From: an uncultured delta proteobacterium
Lineage (GTDB): Bacteria; Desulfobacterota; Syntrophorhabdia; Syntrophorhabdales; WCHB1-27
NCBI GenBank assembly: GCA_963810935.1
Contig: CAWEPK010000005.1
Span: forward strand, 192,001 to 256,000
Length of the DNA stretch: 64,000 nucleotides
Direction: 5' to 3'
Shown: positions 61,291 to 64,000 of the stretch, piece by piece
Position numbering within the stretch: position 1 is the stretch's first letter
Layout: every line of letters starts with the position of its first letter
Translations under genes and position numbers: made by a program
Notes under the pieces: generated by a model
What the model saw: only the letters and a program-made list of their open reading frames with translations
Databases searched by the model: none
What the model was told of the DNA's origin: nothing

Positions 61291-62284
61291 CCGGCAGCGC
61301 ATCCCGGCAGGATGCGGCAAGATCATGCAAAAGCGGCAGAGACCGGCATTTGCCCGACGCCTGAATCAGGTTGGCAAGACCCGACGGTATATGGCCTAAA
61401 AAGACGGCGAGTCCTTTTTTGAGCCCCAGGTAGCCGAATGCCCCGAGGGCCTGCATGAGGCGCTGGGCCGACGCCTCCCAGAAGGCGTCGAGGAATGCGT
61501 CCCGGTCACGGCCCGCCTCCGACAGGCCGTAGTAAAAAGAAAGCAGCTCTTCCCTGCCGCTTTCGGGCATATCGACGTAAGGGTCGCACAAAAGCGATCC
61601 CAGGTCGTAAAAGGCGCAGCCGAAGCGCATGCCCTGAAAGTCGATAAAGACGGGCTCGTCGTCTTTGACCATCACGTTCTGCGACTGTAAGTCCCTGTGG
61701 ACGAGGCACGGCGGCCGGGCCGCGAGGCGCCCGGCCAGCCCGGAAAGCTCTTTTTCGATTTCCGATGCAAGCGCCGGGGGCAGCTCGATCCCGCAGACGT
61801 CAGCCACGAAGTGCTCCATGAAATAGCCCCTCTCCCATCGATAGAGGTCCGGGCCGAAGGCCTCCATGAGCTTCACCTTCCCGTGCGGAAATTCTGCGGC
61901 CGGGAATGAATGCAGCTTGTGCACCGACGAAAGCGTCTTCCGGTAGAGGACGCCCCGCGTCTCCCATCCGGCGCCTGCAAAGGAGGCAAGGTCCGCATTG
62001 CCCAGGTCTTCCATCAGGACAAGGCAGGCCTCTGCATCGTGCCTGACAACGCGCGGCACAGGCACGCCCAGCCCATCAAGGAATAACGCAATGGCTGCCC
62101 AGTACGCATTCTCCGCCCTCTGCGGGTCATAATGCACCAGCACCGCCGAGCCCGTCGGCTGCCACAAAACGCGGAAATAGGAGCGGTCCGACCCCCTTTT
62201 GTTGAGAGGGACAAGGGCGATGGAGACGGACTTCGAAAGGCCCAGGGCGTCACGCGCAAAGGCGGTCATGGCCTCCTGTCTCAT
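61268..62284 (-). CDS. amgK: AmgK-like anomeric MurNAc/GlcNAc kinase (APH fold)
   Basis: GSDRSYFR, MEDLG, VHRDLQSQN, IDFQG, YDLGSLL.DPY, QRLMQALGAF. Confidence 0.8.
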   Translation of the reverse strand: MRQEAMTAFARDALGLSKSVSIALVPLNKRGSDRSYFRVLWQPTGSAVLVHYDPQRAENAYWAAIALFLDGLGVPVPRVVRHDAEACLVLMEDLGNADLASFAGAGWETRGVLYRKTLSSVHKLHSFPAAEFPHGKVKLMEAFGPDLYRWERGYFMEHFVADVCGIELPPALASEIEKELSGLAGRLAARPPCLVHRDLQSQNVMVKDDEPVFIDFQGMRFGCAFYDLGSLLCDPYVDMPESGREELLSFYYGLSEAGRDRDAFLDAFWEASAQRLMQALGAFGYLGLKKGLAVFLGHIPSGLANLIQASGKCRSLPLLHDLAASCRDALPVTASSTP

Positions 62285-63021
62285 AGTGCCGCCTTGTCTG
62301 CCGGAGCAACCGGCGGCGTTTCACATAAACGCTCGTATGTGGCGATGTCGCCCATGTCGTGCCACTCGCCCTCATCTATGACCACGCCCCTGACTGCGCC
62401 GCGTGAGGCCGCTATCCGTCCGAGCAGGATGGGGACGATCGACTGGGGGCGGCCAGTCTCGATGAAGCGCAGGATCGACGTCTCTACTGCGTAGATCCCG
62501 GTGAAGAGGCAGTTCCTTGCCGATGGTGCGCCGAGGGCCCCCCGCATATCGCATACCACGCCCTCATCGCTGATGCTTACGTTCAGGGGGCAGCCGCTGC
62601 TTCGTAAGGCCAGCGTCGCCTCCGGCCGCAGCCGTTCGTGCCAGGCGCAAAGAGGTCCCAGGGAAAAACCGGCTATCACGTCCCCGTTGTAGCAGAGGAT
62701 GGCATCATCCTCGTCGAGGAGGTCTTCGATGTTCTTCAAACCCCCGGCCGTGTCGAGGAGGACGGGCTCGTTACGGAAAGAGACAGGCACGCCGCGCCAC
62801 CGGCCGTCCGGGAATTTTTCTTCGTACATCTCGTGACGGAGGTACGTGTTTACGATGAAGCGGTCGACGCCCGCAGTGATGAGGTGGTCCATTGCGTACG
62901 TGATGACGGGGCGGCCGCCCAGGGGCAGGAGCGGCTTCGGGCAGCGGTCCGTGAGGGGACGCAGGCGGGTCCCCAACCCGGCGCCCAGGATAAAGGCTGT
63001 CTTCAGCCGGCGTCTTCTCAA
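62281..63021 (-). CDS. murU: MurU-like sugar-1-phosphate nucleotidyltransferase
   Basis: LGAGLGTRLRPLT..CPKPL, LDTAGGL, NGD; between spoIID and amgK. Confidence 0.75.
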   Translation of the reverse strand: MRRRRLKTAFILGAGLGTRLRPLTDRCPKPLLPLGGRPVITYAMDHLITAGVDRFIVNTYLRHEMYEEKFPDGRWRGVPVSFRNEPVLLDTAGGLKNIEDLLDEDDAILCYNGDVIAGFSLGPLCAWHERLRPEATLALRSSGCPLNVSISDEGVVCDMRGALGAPSARNCLFTGIYAVETSILRFIETGRPQSIVPILLGRIAASRGAVRGVVIDEGEWHDMGDIATYERLCETPPVAPADKAAL

Positions 63022-64000
63022 TATAGCCTCGATAAGGTCGCGCCGCGAAAATAATGGGCCATAATCTGCTCCGCCGAAAACCCCCTGCTCGCCATCACTG
63101 CCGCTCCGATCTGGCAAAGGCCGACCCCGTGGCCCCACCCTGCGCCCTCGAAGACGAACCGCTCCGGCACGCGCCCTGCCGGGAGGGCCCTTACCATAAA
63201 CGCACTGCTGTAAAGGTGGCTGGGCGAGAGCCACCGCCTTATCTCCAGCTCCTTACCCACGACAACGGCCATTTTCGAGCCGGAGATCATAAGCTTGCGT
63301 ATCCGGCCCGAGGGGCCGCGCTCCAAAGGCTCGATTCTCCGAAGCGCGCCGAAATCGAGACCCGATTTTTCGCGGATGATCTGTTCGAGCTCGCCACGGG
63401 TATATTCCACGGTCCACCTAAAAAAAGACGTCGTCTCCCTGTCGAAATCGGGGAGGATGCTTGCAAGCAGCGCCTCGTCCTTCGTGTTGCAATAGACATC
63501 CGGCCGGGCGTCGATCCAGCGTTCGGCCTGCTCCTCTGTCGTGACCGGGGCATAGGCCCCCGGTCCGTCGAAGATGCTGACGAGGTAGGGTACGTGGACG
63601 TCCGCCCAGGCGGTGCGGAATTCCTCCGTCAACCCGCCGCACGCCTTCGAATAACGGGCGTCGCAAATCTCGCTTTCGTTGGTGAGGGCTATGCCCCTCG
63701 TCTCCCTTACCGCGTCGCGGACGTTATCGGACGTGATTTTCGTGAGGCCGTGGTAGCGTTGGCAGTGGTCGTCTGCGCAGACGTCGAAAAGCTCATGGTC
63801 CTCCCCGTCGTACCACCGCACGATCTCCGCGTCGCGTTGTGCAGGCGGGGGGCTCGCGGCGGACCTTGTGCGGCCCACCCTTTTTCACCAGTATGGCGAG
63901 GGCCCAGCTCCTCGACAGGATCGCGTGGCACTTCAGGAACTCGATCGGGGCCTGCGCGCTCATCTCGGAGGCGACTACGCTTTCCAGGTAATCCTCTACA
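63018..64000 (-). CDS. SpoIID/LytB-domain protein, 5'-truncated by the window edge; apparent frameshift near 63880
   Basis: [12 protein letters not shown] near 63990, [24 protein letters not shown]. Confidence 0.88.

Noticed and set aside
1..64000. Selenoprotein genes (in-frame TGA)
   Set aside because: selB is present, but I found no ORF whose recognisable domain continues in frame past a TGA; a SECIS scan was not possible.

Overview
A 64-kb window of bacterial chromosome. Gene content (selB, sigma-54 activator, TRAP transporter, several thiolase/DUF35 pairs, Tat-type aldo/keto reductase) suggests an anaerobic Desulfobacterota/Syntrophorhabdus-like organism; this is inference only. Layout: (i) 1-19.5 kb, a cell-surface glycosylation locus of two convergent operons with GT-C-type membrane transferases, GT2s, GtrA, Wzx and a complete GDP-heptose-type pathway (GmhA, GmhB fused in frame to a transaldolase, HddA, HddC); (ii) 19.5-35 kb, housekeeping genes (pmbA, GNAT, recN, nadK, radC, uvrC, uvrB, GT9, bepA-like, D,D-carboxypeptidase, selB, thermonuclease); (iii) 35-40 kb, a sigma-54 activator with a divergent sigma-54 promoter, PagL-like gene, receiver protein and cold-shock protein; (iv) 40-60 kb, acyl-CoA beta-oxidation and uptake genes plus mltG and tRNA-His; (v) 60-64 kb, GlcG/HbpS-like protein and spoIID-murU-amgK. 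About 17 apparent single-base frameshifts in otherwise intact genes look like long-read consensus errors. Strongest unexplained signals: a 73-75 bp intergenic repeat family (3 copies) whose internal hairpin changes sequence but keeps its pairing; two related ~125 bp hairpin elements flanking uvrC; a degenerate duplicate of the wzx 5' end bracketing the gmhA-gmhB/tal cassette; the GmhB-transaldolase fusion; and a ruvX/yqgF gene reduced to 43 aa by an internal deletion. No integrase, transposase, prophage or CRISPR array was seen. All family calls come from motif recognition, not database searches.
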